Shown: in pieces, positions 18,765-28,076 of the stretch
How the letters are laid out: the number at the start of each line of letters is the position of its first letter
How positions within the stretch are numbered: position 1 is the first letter of the stretch
DNA from: Gemmatimonadota bacterium
GTDB lineage: Bacteria > Gemmatimonadota > Gemmatimonadetes > Gemmatimonadales > GWC2-71-9
Reading direction: 5' to 3'
Assembly (NCBI GenBank): GCA_036679645.1
Contig: JAZDCY010000078.1
Span: 1 to 41,367, forward strand
Length of the DNA stretch: 41,367 nucleotides
Translations under genes and position numbers: made by a program
The notes under the pieces: model-generated
Told to the model about the DNA's origin: nothing
Seen by the model: only the letters and a program-made list of their open reading frames with translations
The model's database searches: none

Positions 18765-19744
18765 CAGGGCACCCGCACGATCAGCGTCGCCGCGATAACG
18801 AGCTCAAAGGCCAGGGCCGCGAACCCGACGAGCAACGGGACGCGGTACTGCTCGTTCATGTCGGTAAAGCGCGTGACCTCTACCGGCGTCTTCTCCAGCC
18901 GGTCGATCTGCTCGAAGATCCGACTCAACGCCTCGCCATCTGTGGCGCGGAAATACCGACCTCCGGTGCTTTCAGCGACGTCGCGCAGCAGCGCCTCGTC
19001 GATCCGCACCGGCATCGTCTGATATCGCAGCTGGCCTTCGGGCCCGCGACCGATGGGCAGCCGCGCTTCACCCTCGGTCCCGACCCCGATCGTGTAGACC
19101 CGTACACCGAACTCGCGCGCTGCAATGGCAGCGGTGCGCGGATCGACGCGGCCCCGGTTGTTCTCACCATCGGTAAGAAGCACCGCGACCTTGCTGGCTC
19201 CCGGGGCGCGCCGCAGTCGGTTGGCGGCGATCGCGATGGCCGTCCCAATGGCCGTTCCGTCATCGAGTTCGCCCACGCGCAGGTCGAGGATTGCTTGCTC
19301 CAGCACGCCGTAGTCGGTCGTGATGGGGACGCGCGTGAGCGCCTCACCGGCGAAGCCGACCAGGCCGATGCGATCGAACTCGCGGCCGCGCACGAACGCG
19401 ACCGACCGTTCCTTGGCTACGTCGAGCCTGTTCGAGGGCGCAAAATCTTCCGCGAGCATGCTGCTCGACACGTCCACCGCCAGCACGATGGCAATGCCCT
19501 CGCTCGTCACCTCCGTGACCCCGGGGCCAAACCGGGGCCCCGCTGCGGCAACGATCCACGCAAACAACGTCATCGAACGCAAACCGGTTGGGATCTCACC
19601 GATCCAGCGGCGCCCACTCGACACGGCGGTCACCGGCTCCAGGTCGCTGTATCGTGCGGCGGGGCGACGGCGGCGCGCGCGGACCCACCACCAGAGCGGC
19701 ACGGCGACAATGACGAGCAGGAGCAGTGGGCGCGCGAAGTTCAT
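18764..19744 (-). CDS. batA: BatA-like VWA-domain membrane protein
   Basis: DVSSSMLAEDF, DRIGLVGFAG, GTAIGTAI, LTDGENNRG, TGGRYFRA; start ATG 19744. Confidence 0.88.
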   Translation of the reverse strand: MNFARPLLLLVIVAVPLWWWVRARRRRPAARYSDLEPVTAVSSGRRWIGEIPTGLRSMTLFAWIVAAAGPRFGPGVTEVTSEGIAIVLAVDVSSSMLAEDFAPSNRLDVAKERSVAFVRGREFDRIGLVGFAGEALTRVPITTDYGVLEQAILDLRVGELDDGTAIGTAIAIAANRLRRAPGASKVAVLLTDGENNRGRVDPRTAAIAAREFGVRVYTIGVGTEGEARLPIGRGPEGQLRYQTMPVRIDEALLRDVAESTGGRYFRATDGEALSRIFEQIDRLEKTPVEVTRFTDMNEQYRVPLLVGFAALAFELVIAATLIVRVP

Positions 19745-20571
19745 GATTCGCTCTCGGCCCGAAGCCGAGGAAGGAGTTCCTCCATACGGTCGGCCAACTC
19801 CGCGGCATCGCTCGGACCCAGGGGCGCGAACCGCGACCGATCGAGCGCACGCAGCAGATCCTCGATCTCGGCGAGTGGCCACTCGGGGCACTCGCGTCGC
19901 ATCACCGCAACGCACTGCGCTGTATCCAGCGCACGGGTGGCTTCCGGTATCGACGCGGCGATGCGCGCACGAAGACGATCCGTCGAGAGCGTCGTGACCG
20001 CGCGGGTCTCGCCGGCCGACAGCCACCGCATGACCGGCGAGTCCTCGTCATCGACGGGCGGTATCGGACGCGTGGGACGTGGTCGCGTGCGACGTCGGGC
20101 GATTCCCCAGAGCACGATCGCCGCAAGTACCCCACCTCCCAGGAGCACGGGCGGCTCCGGCCGGCGGATCGGACGTTCCATTGGTGCGCGGGACCAGCGC
20201 GGCTCCGGTCGATCGCCGGTATCGGGAAGCACGGACACGACGGTGACGATGGCGGTATCTCCCACCACCAGTTCGACGTGCCCGTCAGCCGCGACCACCT
20301 CCACTGCGGGCATCGGGAGACGGTGAATCCCGGGCACGAAGAACGCCACACGGTGCCGCACCAGGAGCCCGCCCACCCGACCCACCAACTCGGGATCGGC
20401 GAGCGGTTCGAGCCACTCGGTCCCCGCAATGGCCTGTGTACGGCCGGTGGCACCCTGGGGCGCGGGGATCACTCGCTCGATCCGGACCGTGTCGCCCACC
20501 GTCGCGCCGATCGGCGCCACCCGCCACACCGGTTCCTGCGCAAAAGCCACCGCGAGCAGCAAGACGATCAT
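19741..20571 (-). CDS. Bat-cluster membrane-anchored accessory protein
   Basis: Signal peptide, Ig-like part, single TM, helical C-terminus (LDRSRFA); ATGA overlaps on both sides. Confidence 0.75.
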   Translation of the reverse strand: MIVLLLAVAFAQEPVWRVAPIGATVGDTVRIERVIPAPQGATGRTQAIAGTEWLEPLADPELVGRVGGLLVRHRVAFFVPGIHRLPMPAVEVVAADGHVELVVGDTAIVTVVSVLPDTGDRPEPRWSRAPMERPIRRPEPPVLLGGGVLAAIVLWGIARRRTRPRPTRPIPPVDDEDSPVMRWLSAGETRAVTTLSTDRLRARIAASIPEATRALDTAQCVAVMRRECPEWPLAEIEDLLRALDRSRFAPLGPSDAAELADRMEELLPRLRAESES

Positions 20572-21464
20572 CGCCGCAGTCGCCGGGCGCGCGCCGCGAA
20601 CGCCGCATGCAGGGCCTGCGCGTAGGGCTGGTCCGTGCGCAGTGCCACGTGATCGACGTTGGCGCGCTGCAGTGCTTTCATCCGAGCCAAGCGCCGTTCC
20701 TCCGCCGCGATCTGCAGGCGCAAACGCGCCCCGGCATCAGACGTATCCACCAACTCGCGCGTGCCACGCTCGGCGTCCTCGAGTTCGATCCACCCCACAT
20801 CGGGTAGCTTATACTCGCGCGGGTCGTCCACCGTGATCGCAACTACCTCGTGCTTCATGCGGAGTTTCTGAAGCTGCGGTTCCCACGCGACAGCGCGGAA
20901 ATCGGACAAGACGACAACGATGGATCGATGGTGCAGCAACCGCGTCGCGTACGCCAGCGCCCCCGCCAGGTTCGTGGCTCGTCCCGTAGATCGGTGGGCC
21001 AGCAGATCGCGAATGACGCGGAGCGCGTGACTCCGTCCCTTGGCGGGCGGTACGACCTGCTCGACCTCGTCCGCAAAGAGCACTGCGCCCACGCGATCGT
21101 GATGTCGGGACGCCGCGAGCGCCAGCACTGCGGCGACCTCTACGGCTATATCGGCTTTGGTGCGCGGACTGCCGAACTCAACTGACCCCGACCGGTCCAC
21201 GATGAGGAGCAACGTCAGCTCGCGCTCCTCCGCGAACATCTTGACGTAGGGAGAACCCATACGGGCGGAGACATTCCAATCGATCGCGCGGTAGTCGTCA
21301 CCGACTTCGTAGGCCCGCACCTCGGCAAACTCGATGCCCTGGCCACGGAACACCGAGCGGTACTCGCCCGAGAAGAGCCCCGCGACCAGCCGGCGGGCGC
21401 GGAGTTCGATCAGCTTGACTTGTCGCAGAACCTCAGGACCGACGATACGGGCTTCCCGCATCAC
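20568..21464 (-). CDS. DUF58 family protein (MoxR-associated)
   Basis: GEYRSVFRGQGIEFAEVRAYEVGDDYRAIDWNVSAR, DRSGS, VLSDF. Confidence 0.93.
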   Translation of the reverse strand: MMREARIVGPEVLRQVKLIELRARRLVAGLFSGEYRSVFRGQGIEFAEVRAYEVGDDYRAIDWNVSARMGSPYVKMFAEERELTLLLIVDRSGSVEFGSPRTKADIAVEVAAVLALAASRHHDRVGAVLFADEVEQVVPPAKGRSHALRVIRDLLAHRSTGRATNLAGALAYATRLLHHRSIVVVLSDFRAVAWEPQLQKLRMKHEVVAITVDDPREYKLPDVGWIELEDAERGTRELVDTSDAGARLRLQIAAEERRLARMKALQRANVDHVALRTDQPYAQALHAAFAARARRLRR

Positions 21465-22435
21465 GGAACCGGGACGGCCTCCAGTACCTTGGCGATGACG
21501 TTGTCGGACGTCATGTCCTCTGCCTCGGCCTCGAAGGTGAGCAGCACACGATGCCGCAGCACATCCGGTGCGATCGCCTTGACGTCTTCCGGGACCACGT
21601 ATGAGCGACCCCGCAGGAAGGCCATTGCACGTGCTGCCTGCGCCAGGTAGATCGATGCTCGCGGGCTGCCGCCGTACGCTACCAGCGGTTTCACCTCATG
21701 CAGGCCGACCGCCTGCGGTTCGCGCGTAGCCCGCACGACATCCACGATGTAGTCCACGATCTTCTGATCCATGTACAGCTCGGCGATCGTGTTGCGCAGT
21801 GCAAGGATGGCGTCGGCCTCTGCGACAGCCGAGATGGGGATTGGATGCCCACTCGCCATGCGCCAGAGAATCTCCTTTTCCTCGTCCCGAGTCGGATAGC
21901 CGACCTGGATCTTCAGCATGAACCGGTCGAGTTGTGCCTCGGGAAGGGGGTAGGTTCCCTCCTGCTCGATCGGGTTCTGCGTCGCGAGGACGAGGAACGG
22001 CTCCGCGAGCACGTGAGTCTCGCCGCCGATCGTCACCTGCTTCTCCTGCATCGCCTCGAGCAGAGCTGCCTGCACTTTCGCGGGCGCGCGGTTCACCTCG
22101 TCCGCCAGCACGATGTTGGCGAAGAGCGGGCCACGTTTTGCGTGGAACTCCCCCGTCTTCTGATCGAAGACCATCGTGCCGATGATGTCCGCCGGAAGCA
22201 GGTCCGGCGTGAACTGGATTCGCCGGAACGACGTGTTGATCGCCTCTGCCAGCGTCCGAACCGCCAGCGTCTTGGCGAGCCCCGGTACGCCCTCGAGCAA
22301 CACATGGCCGCCGGTGAGCAAGCCAATGAGGAGCCGTTCGACCATAGGCTCCTGCCCGACGACGCGTCGTGCTACCTCTTGCACGACCGCGTTCGTCAGC
22401 GTCATATCACCAGCCGGTGCGGGGTGGGAAGTCAT
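21461..22435 (-). CDS. moxR: MoxR family AAA+ ATPase
   Basis: Walker A GVPGLAKT, RIQFTPDLLPAD, LADEVNRAPAKVQAALLEAMQE, ATQNPIEQEGTYPLPEAQLDRF; start ATG 22435. Confidence 0.95.
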   Translation of the reverse strand: MTSHPAPAGDMTLTNAVVQEVARRVVGQEPMVERLLIGLLTGGHVLLEGVPGLAKTLAVRTLAEAINTSFRRIQFTPDLLPADIIGTMVFDQKTGEFHAKRGPLFANIVLADEVNRAPAKVQAALLEAMQEKQVTIGGETHVLAEPFLVLATQNPIEQEGTYPLPEAQLDRFMLKIQVGYPTRDEEKEILWRMASGHPIPISAVAEADAILALRNTIAELYMDQKIVDYIVDVVRATREPQAVGLHEVKPLVAYGGSPRASIYLAQAARAMAFLRGRSYVVPEDVKAIAPDVLRHRVLLTFEAEAEDMTSDNVIAKVLEAVPVP

Positions 22436-24072
22436 CGCTTGATTCGTGTTCCTCCGTCTTCGTGCTCGAAGATCCAAGCGGCGCAGCGAGCCGGCTCGAT
22501 GGCATCGTCGGCCTGCATCGCCCACCATTCCTGGTCGCTTCCCGATCCGTCGTCCCTGCACCGTGTCGCATCCTGATCGGAGATGCGCCGCGCGCGGTCG
22601 ATCCAGGTGCCACAGTTGCCCGTTCGCAGATCCACCCAGCCGCGTGGGACCGTCGCTTCGATCTCCCGGTCACCCGGCAGCACAATCACGGTCTCGGCGC
22701 GGTACACTTTTTCTCCGTCGATCAGAATCGGTAATCCGACCGAGACGATCAGCGAGCGGAGTGTGACGTCCTCAGCCACCAGCCCAGCCGCCTCGGCGGC
22801 CAACGTGGCCGCATCCGCCTCGGCGAGCTCGCGGACCGAACCGGCCAACTGCGACAAGATATACGCCTCATACAGGTGTTTCGTCAGACGTGGGGGGCCC
22901 AACATCTCGAAGGCGACCGACCGGACACCGTGCTCCGATTCCAACTGTCGCAGTCGCTCGCTCGCGAACGCCCGCAGAATCCCAGCCTTGTACGTGGGCC
23001 CCGCCGTCGCGGCGTCGAGTGCCGCAATGACGTCCCGACCGCTCGGCTTGCCGGTGATCTCGAGCACGACGTAGTCGGCGACTTCTTCCGGCGTGATGAA
23101 CTCCATCGATCCCAACGAGGACACGGTCTCGAACTCGTCGCGCGCAAAGACGCCGTTCTCACCGGTATCGATATAGACCGACTCCACCGCCTCCCCGGTA
23201 TCCACCCAGCCTCCCGCCCCATCGGCGAACGCCGCGTCCAAGGCGAGCGGTTCGGGGCAGTCATAGCGTGGAATGGGTTTGCCCTTTTTTCGCACGGGGC
23301 CGAACCCGATCTCCCGCCAGGCGATGGTCGCCGTGGGCTTGATCTCTATGGTAGCCGGCGCGCCCGGCGTACGACTGAGCAGGAAGAGCAACAGCGAGTG
23401 CGCGCCCGCGACAGCCGACTTCGTTAGCAGCGTGCGGGACGGCCATTCCTCCGAGTGCGTGTATGGCACGTTGAGTCCCATACCGCCGGTGCCGCTGGTC
23501 CCGATCTTCACGTAGGCTCGGGTGGCGAAGTCGCGGACCGCCGCCGACACGATCTGGATGTGACGCACGAGCTGTGGCATTGTGAGCGTCAACACGTGAC
23601 GCTCGACGTGCGCTGCCGTGAGGGTGCCGGCGCGGGTCGCGCGCAGCAACCCGCGAGCACTCTCCACCACGTCCTGATACGCGAACGCTGTCGCCGTGTT
23701 GATGCAATCGACGACCGCGTCGGGGCGATGCCGTTTGAAGAGCTGGTAGAGAAACGTCCGCTCGGCCACGTCCTTGGTGAACTCTCCCAGGAGATCGCTG
23801 ACCATCTCCAGACGCAGCACGTCGTCCTCCAGCACGTCATGCTGGGAGGTGTGCGCGGCGCCCGCGGGCATGAACACGTTGCCCCAATCGGTAATGATCT
23901 CCGCGTCGCCCCGGAGCGGTTCCAGCTGTCGCGCGGTCTCGACCACCTCGTCCTCGAAGAGGCCGACCAGCACGATCGCCCTCGGTCCCAACGGGAGGAG
24001 GCGGCGAGCGACGGCGTGTCCGACCAGCCCGCTCCCGCCGAGAATCAGCACAGTTCGATTCGCGATATCCAT
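22432..24072 (-). CDS. Large NAD(P)-binding Rossmann-fold protein of unknown function (SDR-like)
   Basis: VLILGGSGLVG, VVDCINTATAFAYQD, KIGTSGTGGMGLNVPYTHSEE; start ATG 24072 (TAATG overlap). Confidence 0.75.
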   Translation of the reverse strand: MDIANRTVLILGGSGLVGHAVARRLLPLGPRAIVLVGLFEDEVVETARQLEPLRGDAEIITDWGNVFMPAGAAHTSQHDVLEDDVLRLEMVSDLLGEFTKDVAERTFLYQLFKRHRPDAVVDCINTATAFAYQDVVESARGLLRATRAGTLTAAHVERHVLTLTMPQLVRHIQIVSAAVRDFATRAYVKIGTSGTGGMGLNVPYTHSEEWPSRTLLTKSAVAGAHSLLLFLLSRTPGAPATIEIKPTATIAWREIGFGPVRKKGKPIPRYDCPEPLALDAAFADGAGGWVDTGEAVESVYIDTGENGVFARDEFETVSSLGSMEFITPEEVADYVVLEITGKPSGRDVIAALDAATAGPTYKAGILRAFASERLRQLESEHGVRSVAFEMLGPPRLTKHLYEAYILSQLAGSVRELAEADAATLAAEAAGLVAEDVTLRSLIVSVGLPILIDGEKVYRAETVIVLPGDREIEATVPRGWVDLRTGNCGTWIDRARRISDQDATRCRDDGSGSDQEWWAMQADDAIEPARCAAWIFEHEDGGTRIKR

Positions 24073-24803
24073 TACGCCGTCCGCAATGAGGCCCGCGTCT
24101 GGGCCTCGATCGCTGTCAGTTCGCGGCGGGTGAGGTCCCGCCATTTCCCGACCGGCAGTCGCCCGAGGCGCACCGGTCCGTGGCTCAATCGCGTCAGGCG
24201 TTCGACCTTGAGACCAAGATGATCGCAGAGGCGACGCACGATACGGTATCGCCCTTCCGTCAGCACGAGCAGCACGTCGCTGCGCCCCCGATCGGCCGCG
24301 CGAACCCGGCTAGAGGTCAGCGCCACCCGCCGCCCACCGATCACGACCGACCGCGCAAGCAGCGCACGAACGCGATCGGGTGGCTGCCCATGCAGGAGAA
24401 CACGGTACGAGCGCTCAATGCGGTAGCGCGGGTGCGTCAACACGTTGGCGCCGGCTCCGTCGGTGGTGAGTAACAGCAGTCCGGTCGTGGTCACATCGAG
24501 CCGTCCCACGTACGTGAGCCCTGGAACGGGCGGCACGAGATTGAACACGAGCGGTCGCCCCTCCGGGTCGCGCCGGGACACGACATACCCGACCGGTTTG
24601 TGCAGGGCAATCCACCGTGCGCGGACCTCACGAATCTGTTTCCCGTCAACGGTGATCCGGTCGTGCGACGGATCGGCCTGCATACCAATGTGCGCCACCC
24701 GCCCATTCACGCGCACCCGACCATCGAGGATCAGGCGTTCGGCTGCCCGACGCGACGCAACCCCGGCCCGGGCCAGCGCCCGCTGGAGTCGCATGTCCGT
24801 CAT
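24072..24803 (-). CDS. rluB: RsuA/RluB family pseudouridine synthase with S4 domain
   Basis: RLQRALARAGVASRR, HKPVGYV, VGRLD, EGRYRIVRR; follows scpAB as usual. Confidence 0.9.
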   Translation of the reverse strand: MTDMRLQRALARAGVASRRAAERLILDGRVRVNGRVAHIGMQADPSHDRITVDGKQIREVRARWIALHKPVGYVVSRRDPEGRPLVFNLVPPVPGLTYVGRLDVTTTGLLLLTTDGAGANVLTHPRYRIERSYRVLLHGQPPDRVRALLARSVVIGGRRVALTSSRVRAADRGRSDVLLVLTEGRYRIVRRLCDHLGLKVERLTRLSHGPVRLGRLPVGKWRDLTRRELTAIEAQTRASLRTA

Positions 24804-25354
24804 GCGTCCAACTCCCGCTGTGTCGGGAGCGGCGTCAGGGCAACGGACAGCTCGTCCAGACGCGGTAGCTCGCGTAACGATCTCAGGCCGAGCATCTCGA
24901 GGAATTGCTGGGTCGTCCCGTACAGCAAAGGCCGCCCTAACCCATCACTTCGGCCGACGACATCTATGAGCGCGCGATCGACGAGCAACCGGAGTACACC
25001 GTCCGCCACCACGCCGCGAATCTCCTCGATCTCACCGCGCGCCACTGGCTGGCGGTACGCCACGATCGCTAGCGTCTCCATTGCGGCCACCGAGAGCTTG
25101 CGGGGACGGCGAACGAACTGGGCTTCCGCGATCGCGTCCGCCAGCTCGGGCCGCGTCAGGAACTGGAACCCGTCCGCGACCTCCCCAAGGGCCACACCGT
25201 GCTCGCCCTCCTCGTACAGCGTCCGCAGCGCCTCGAGCGCCCCGCGCACCTCGTCGGCGCTCGCCTCGGGATCGAGCCGTCGCAGTTCCTCGAAGCCAAG
25301 AGGTCGCGGTGCCGAGAACAGCGCGGCCTCAAGCAGCCTGGTCAGGCGATTCAC
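24800..25354 (-). CDS. scpB: SMC-Scp complex subunit ScpB
   Basis: LEAALF, LSVAAMETLAIVAYRQPV, IEEIRGV, GRPLLYGTT; GTG start 25354. Confidence 0.95.
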   Translation of the reverse strand: MNRLTRLLEAALFSAPRPLGFEELRRLDPEASADEVRGALEALRTLYEEGEHGVALGEVADGFQFLTRPELADAIAEAQFVRRPRKLSVAAMETLAIVAYRQPVARGEIEEIRGVVADGVLRLLVDRALIDVVGRSDGLGRPLLYGTTQQFLEMLGLRSLRELPRLDELSVALTPLPTQRELDA

Positions 25355-26060
25355 GCGTAATTCCCACGGTCCCAAAAGGTTCTCGCTGTGTCAGCCGGAG
25401 ACGTCCGACTCGCGCCAACTCCAACAGGGCCACAATGACCGAAAACACGTCGGCGATCGTCGGCGCTTCGCCAAATAACTCCCGCAGCTCGACGTGCTCC
25501 CGCGTCGCCAGTAGCTCCGTGATGCGCCGGGTCGCGCCCTCCACATCCAGCGGCCGGGGCACGACGCGGTGCACGATTGGCTGCGGCATGCCGGCAACCA
25601 CGTCCTCAACCGCGCGGACCAGATGCTCCAGGTCGAGCGAAATCGGGCGCGGCGGTTGCTCGGGCAGATCCTGAATCCAACCGCGGCCGTAGCGGTCGGC
25701 ACGCGCCTGCGCGCGCGCGTCCAGCCACTCAACCACCTCGCGGACCTGCTCGTACTCGAGGAGCCGCCGCACCAGCTCCGCCCGCGGATCGTCCCAGGCC
25801 TCCGCATCAAACGGTCGCGGCAGGAGCATCTGGAGTTTGATGCGCAGCAACCGCGCTGCCATCTCGAGGTAATCCGCGGCCTCGTCCAGTCCGAGCACGT
25901 CGATCGCGTCCATGAACTGGGCGGCGATCTGGGCGATCGGGATGTCCCGGATGTCGATTTCCTGATCGCGAATGAGCGTGAGCAGCAGATCCAACGGCCC
26001 CGTGTATTCGTCCAGCTGGACGACGAATCCGCGGTCCTCGACGGTCGTCGGCATGGTCAT
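25329..26060 (-). CDS. scpA: Segregation and condensation protein ScpA
   Basis: YTGPLDLLLTLI, YLEMAARLLRIK, DPRAELVRRLLEY, ALLELAR, QREPFG. Confidence 0.95.
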   Translation of the reverse strand: MTMPTTVEDRGFVVQLDEYTGPLDLLLTLIRDQEIDIRDIPIAQIAAQFMDAIDVLGLDEAADYLEMAARLLRIKLQMLLPRPFDAEAWDDPRAELVRRLLEYEQVREVVEWLDARAQARADRYGRGWIQDLPEQPPRPISLDLEHLVRAVEDVVAGMPQPIVHRVVPRPLDVEGATRRITELLATREHVELRELFGEAPTIADVFSVIVALLELARVGRLRLTQREPFGTVGITRESPDQAA

Positions 26061-26063
26061 CGT

Positions 26064-26738
26064 CTAGAACGGCAGCGGGCCAAGCGCATACGGACGGACG
26101 AGCGCAACCGCCGCATCATAGAGCATCCACGCCGGGATCAGCAGTGTGCGCAACACCTGGGGAAGAAACATCAGGATACCGATCAAAACGAGGAAGCCGT
26201 ACTGGGAGAATGCTCGGTACCGTTCCCGCAGCGACAGTGGCAGGAAATGGTAGAGAATGTGCGACCCGTCCAGCGGTGGTATCGGAATCACGTTGAAGAA
26301 CGCCAGCAAGAGGTTGAGCCAAATCCCGATGACGAGTAGCCTTTGGATGACGGTAAGGGCGCCGCCCATCGTCGCGCCCATCCCGAGGGATCCGACAACC
26401 ATCGCGAGGAGCGTGCACACCGCCGCCAGCACTAGGTTGGTCGCAATCCCCGCCGACGACACTATGAGATCGCTGCGTCGCCCGTGCCGATAGTTGGCGG
26501 GATTCACCGGGACCGGCTTTGCACCACCAAAGACGAAGCTTCCGCCCGAACCAAACCACAGAATTAGGGGCATGAGCACGCTCAACCACGGATCCAGGTG
26601 TTTGACCGGATTGAGAGTCAGGCGCCCCATTGCCTTCGCCGTATCGTCGCCTTGCGTCAGTGCCGCGAGACCGTGCGCGTACTCGTGGGCCACTACCGAA
26701 AAGAGCAGCACCGGCATAGCGAAAAAAAAGTTGGTCAC
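26064..26738 (-). CDS. Site-2 protease (peptidase M50) family membrane metalloprotease
   Basis: HEYAH, GRLTLNPVKHLD, AKPVPVN, FNVIPIPPLDGS. Confidence 0.93.
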   Translation of the reverse strand: MTNFFFAMPVLLFSVVAHEYAHGLAALTQGDDTAKAMGRLTLNPVKHLDPWLSVLMPLILWFGSGGSFVFGGAKPVPVNPANYRHGRRSDLIVSSAGIATNLVLAAVCTLLAMVVGSLGMGATMGGALTVIQRLLVIGIWLNLLLAFFNVIPIPPLDGSHILYHFLPLSLRERYRAFSQYGFLVLIGILMFLPQVLRTLLIPAWMLYDAAVALVRPYALGPLPF

Positions 26739-26780
26739 AGATGCGTATCGGCGATGGCAGATCCCGTGGAGCGCGGCTGA

Positions 26781-26809
26781 AACGTAATCGGTCTCGTACG
26801 GGCGGTCAA
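26781..26809 (-). promoter_or_regulatory. Sigma70-type promoter TTGACC-N17-TACGTT for the long minus-strand operon
   Basis: -35 at 26809-26804, -10 at 26786-26781, exact 17-nt spacer. Confidence 0.6.
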
Positions 26810-26821
26810 AGCCCTACTCCC

Positions 26822-26850
26822 TTGACTGCTCGACACTTGCGCGATAGCTT
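26822..26850 (+). promoter_or_regulatory. Sigma70-type promoter TTGACT-N17-TAGCTT for rpsT
   Basis: -35 at 26822-26827, -10 at 26845-26850; GGGAG RBS before GTG 26894. Confidence 0.65.
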
Positions 26851-26893
26851 CCGGTCGCTTTTTGGGGCTCAGAACCCGCGGGAGTGACACGTC

Positions 26894-27148
26894 GTGCCGA
26901 ACACGAAGAGCGCAAAGAAACGGATGCGTCAGGCGGAGAAAGCGCGCGATAAGAACCGCGCGCAACGGACTCGCGTGCGGCGTGCAATCAAGAACGTCCG
27001 CACCGCCGAGACCGCCGATGCGGCGGCCGCTGCCCTGCGGGAAGCGGAAATCCTGCTCGACCGGGCGGCACGTACGCACCTCGTGCATCGCAACGCGGCG
27101 GCGCGGCAGAAGTCTCGACTCGCGAAGGTGGTTAAGGCGAAGCAGTAA
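26894..27148 (+). CDS. rpsT: 30S ribosomal protein S20
   Basis: MPNTKSAKKRMRQ...VHRNAAARQKSRL. Confidence 0.97.
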   Translation: MPNTKSAKKRMRQAEKARDKNRAQRTRVRRAIKNVRTAETADAAAAALREAEILLDRAARTHLVHRNAAARQKSRLAKVVKAKQ

Positions 27149-27150
27149 CG

Positions 27151-28053
27151 TCAGAGGGCGGCGAGTTCCGCCCCGCAGCGATCGCAGTACCACTCCGTCG
27201 GCAGGTTCATCGCCCCACATTCCCCGCACTTCAACGTGCGTTGATTGATCACGCTCGGGCGTGACTGGGTGACGGGCGTCGGCTCCAGCTTCTCGACATC
27301 CTCGGTCCCCAGATCCTTGGACGTGCGCGGCGGCGGCACACTCTCGGGAATCGCCGTTCCCGTGCCGGTGGCAACGGACGCTCGCGGCCCTTGCTGCGAA
27401 TCCTCCGTCACCGATTTCAGGAACGCCAGTTCGTCACCAATCGATTGCCGTGGCTGCGCGGTAGCAGCAGGCTTGGCCGGCACCTCGGCCAGGACCTCGT
27501 CGAGCGCCTCATCGAGCGGATCGCTCTCGTCGCCGCCGAGATCGCGGAGCCCCAGCTCCGATCCAATCGACAGCCGTGCCTCGGCGGCGGGCTCGGCAGC
27601 CTCGGGTTCCGGCGCCGGTGCCTCGAGCAACGCCAGCACCTCCTCCAACTCGCCGATCTCGCCTTCCTCCCCCGCCAGCTCCTCCCGCACCTTCACCAGG
27701 ACCTCGAGAATCCCGCCCTTCTTGCTACGCCACTCCTCTTCTCCGAACTCGCCTACTGCGTGACGCAGCTCGGCTTCCGCCAGCTCCTCGCTGGCTGTCT
27801 TCTCCTGCGCCTTGATATTGGTGTGGGCTGACTTGTGATCTTCCAGGGTCGCGCGAATCTGATCCCCGAAGCCCTGGAGCTCGGTGACCACGTTCGAAAG
27901 CCGAGCCTGGTAGTCGACCCGGACCTTGTCACGAACCGCCCCAGCCGTCTCGTCGGCCGCCATGTCCAGCCGTTGCAGCCACTGCTCGATCTTGCGCCTC
28001 TCGTCGAGGAGCTTCTGGATCTGGGCCGTGGACTTCCCGCCGCGTTTTGCCAT
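27151..28053 (-). CDS. Hypothetical coiled-coil protein with C-terminal zinc ribbon
   Basis: Acidic helical N-half, disordered linker with DELAFLKSV, CGECGAMNLPTEWYCDRCG. Confidence 0.8.
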   Translation of the reverse strand: MAKRGGKSTAQIQKLLDERRKIEQWLQRLDMAADETAGAVRDKVRVDYQARLSNVVTELQGFGDQIRATLEDHKSAHTNIKAQEKTASEELAEAELRHAVGEFGEEEWRSKKGGILEVLVKVREELAGEEGEIGELEEVLALLEAPAPEPEAAEPAAEARLSIGSELGLRDLGGDESDPLDEALDEVLAEVPAKPAATAQPRQSIGDELAFLKSVTEDSQQGPRASVATGTGTAIPESVPPPRTSKDLGTEDVEKLEPTPVTQSRPSVINQRTLKCGECGAMNLPTEWYCDRCGAELAAL

Positions 28054-28076
28054 GGTATGAAAATACAGCGAAACAG

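Noticed and set aside
26722..26729. A8 homopolymer at the start of the M50 gene as a phase-variation tract
   Set aside because: Short, in frame, and explained by Phe-Phe-Phe codons
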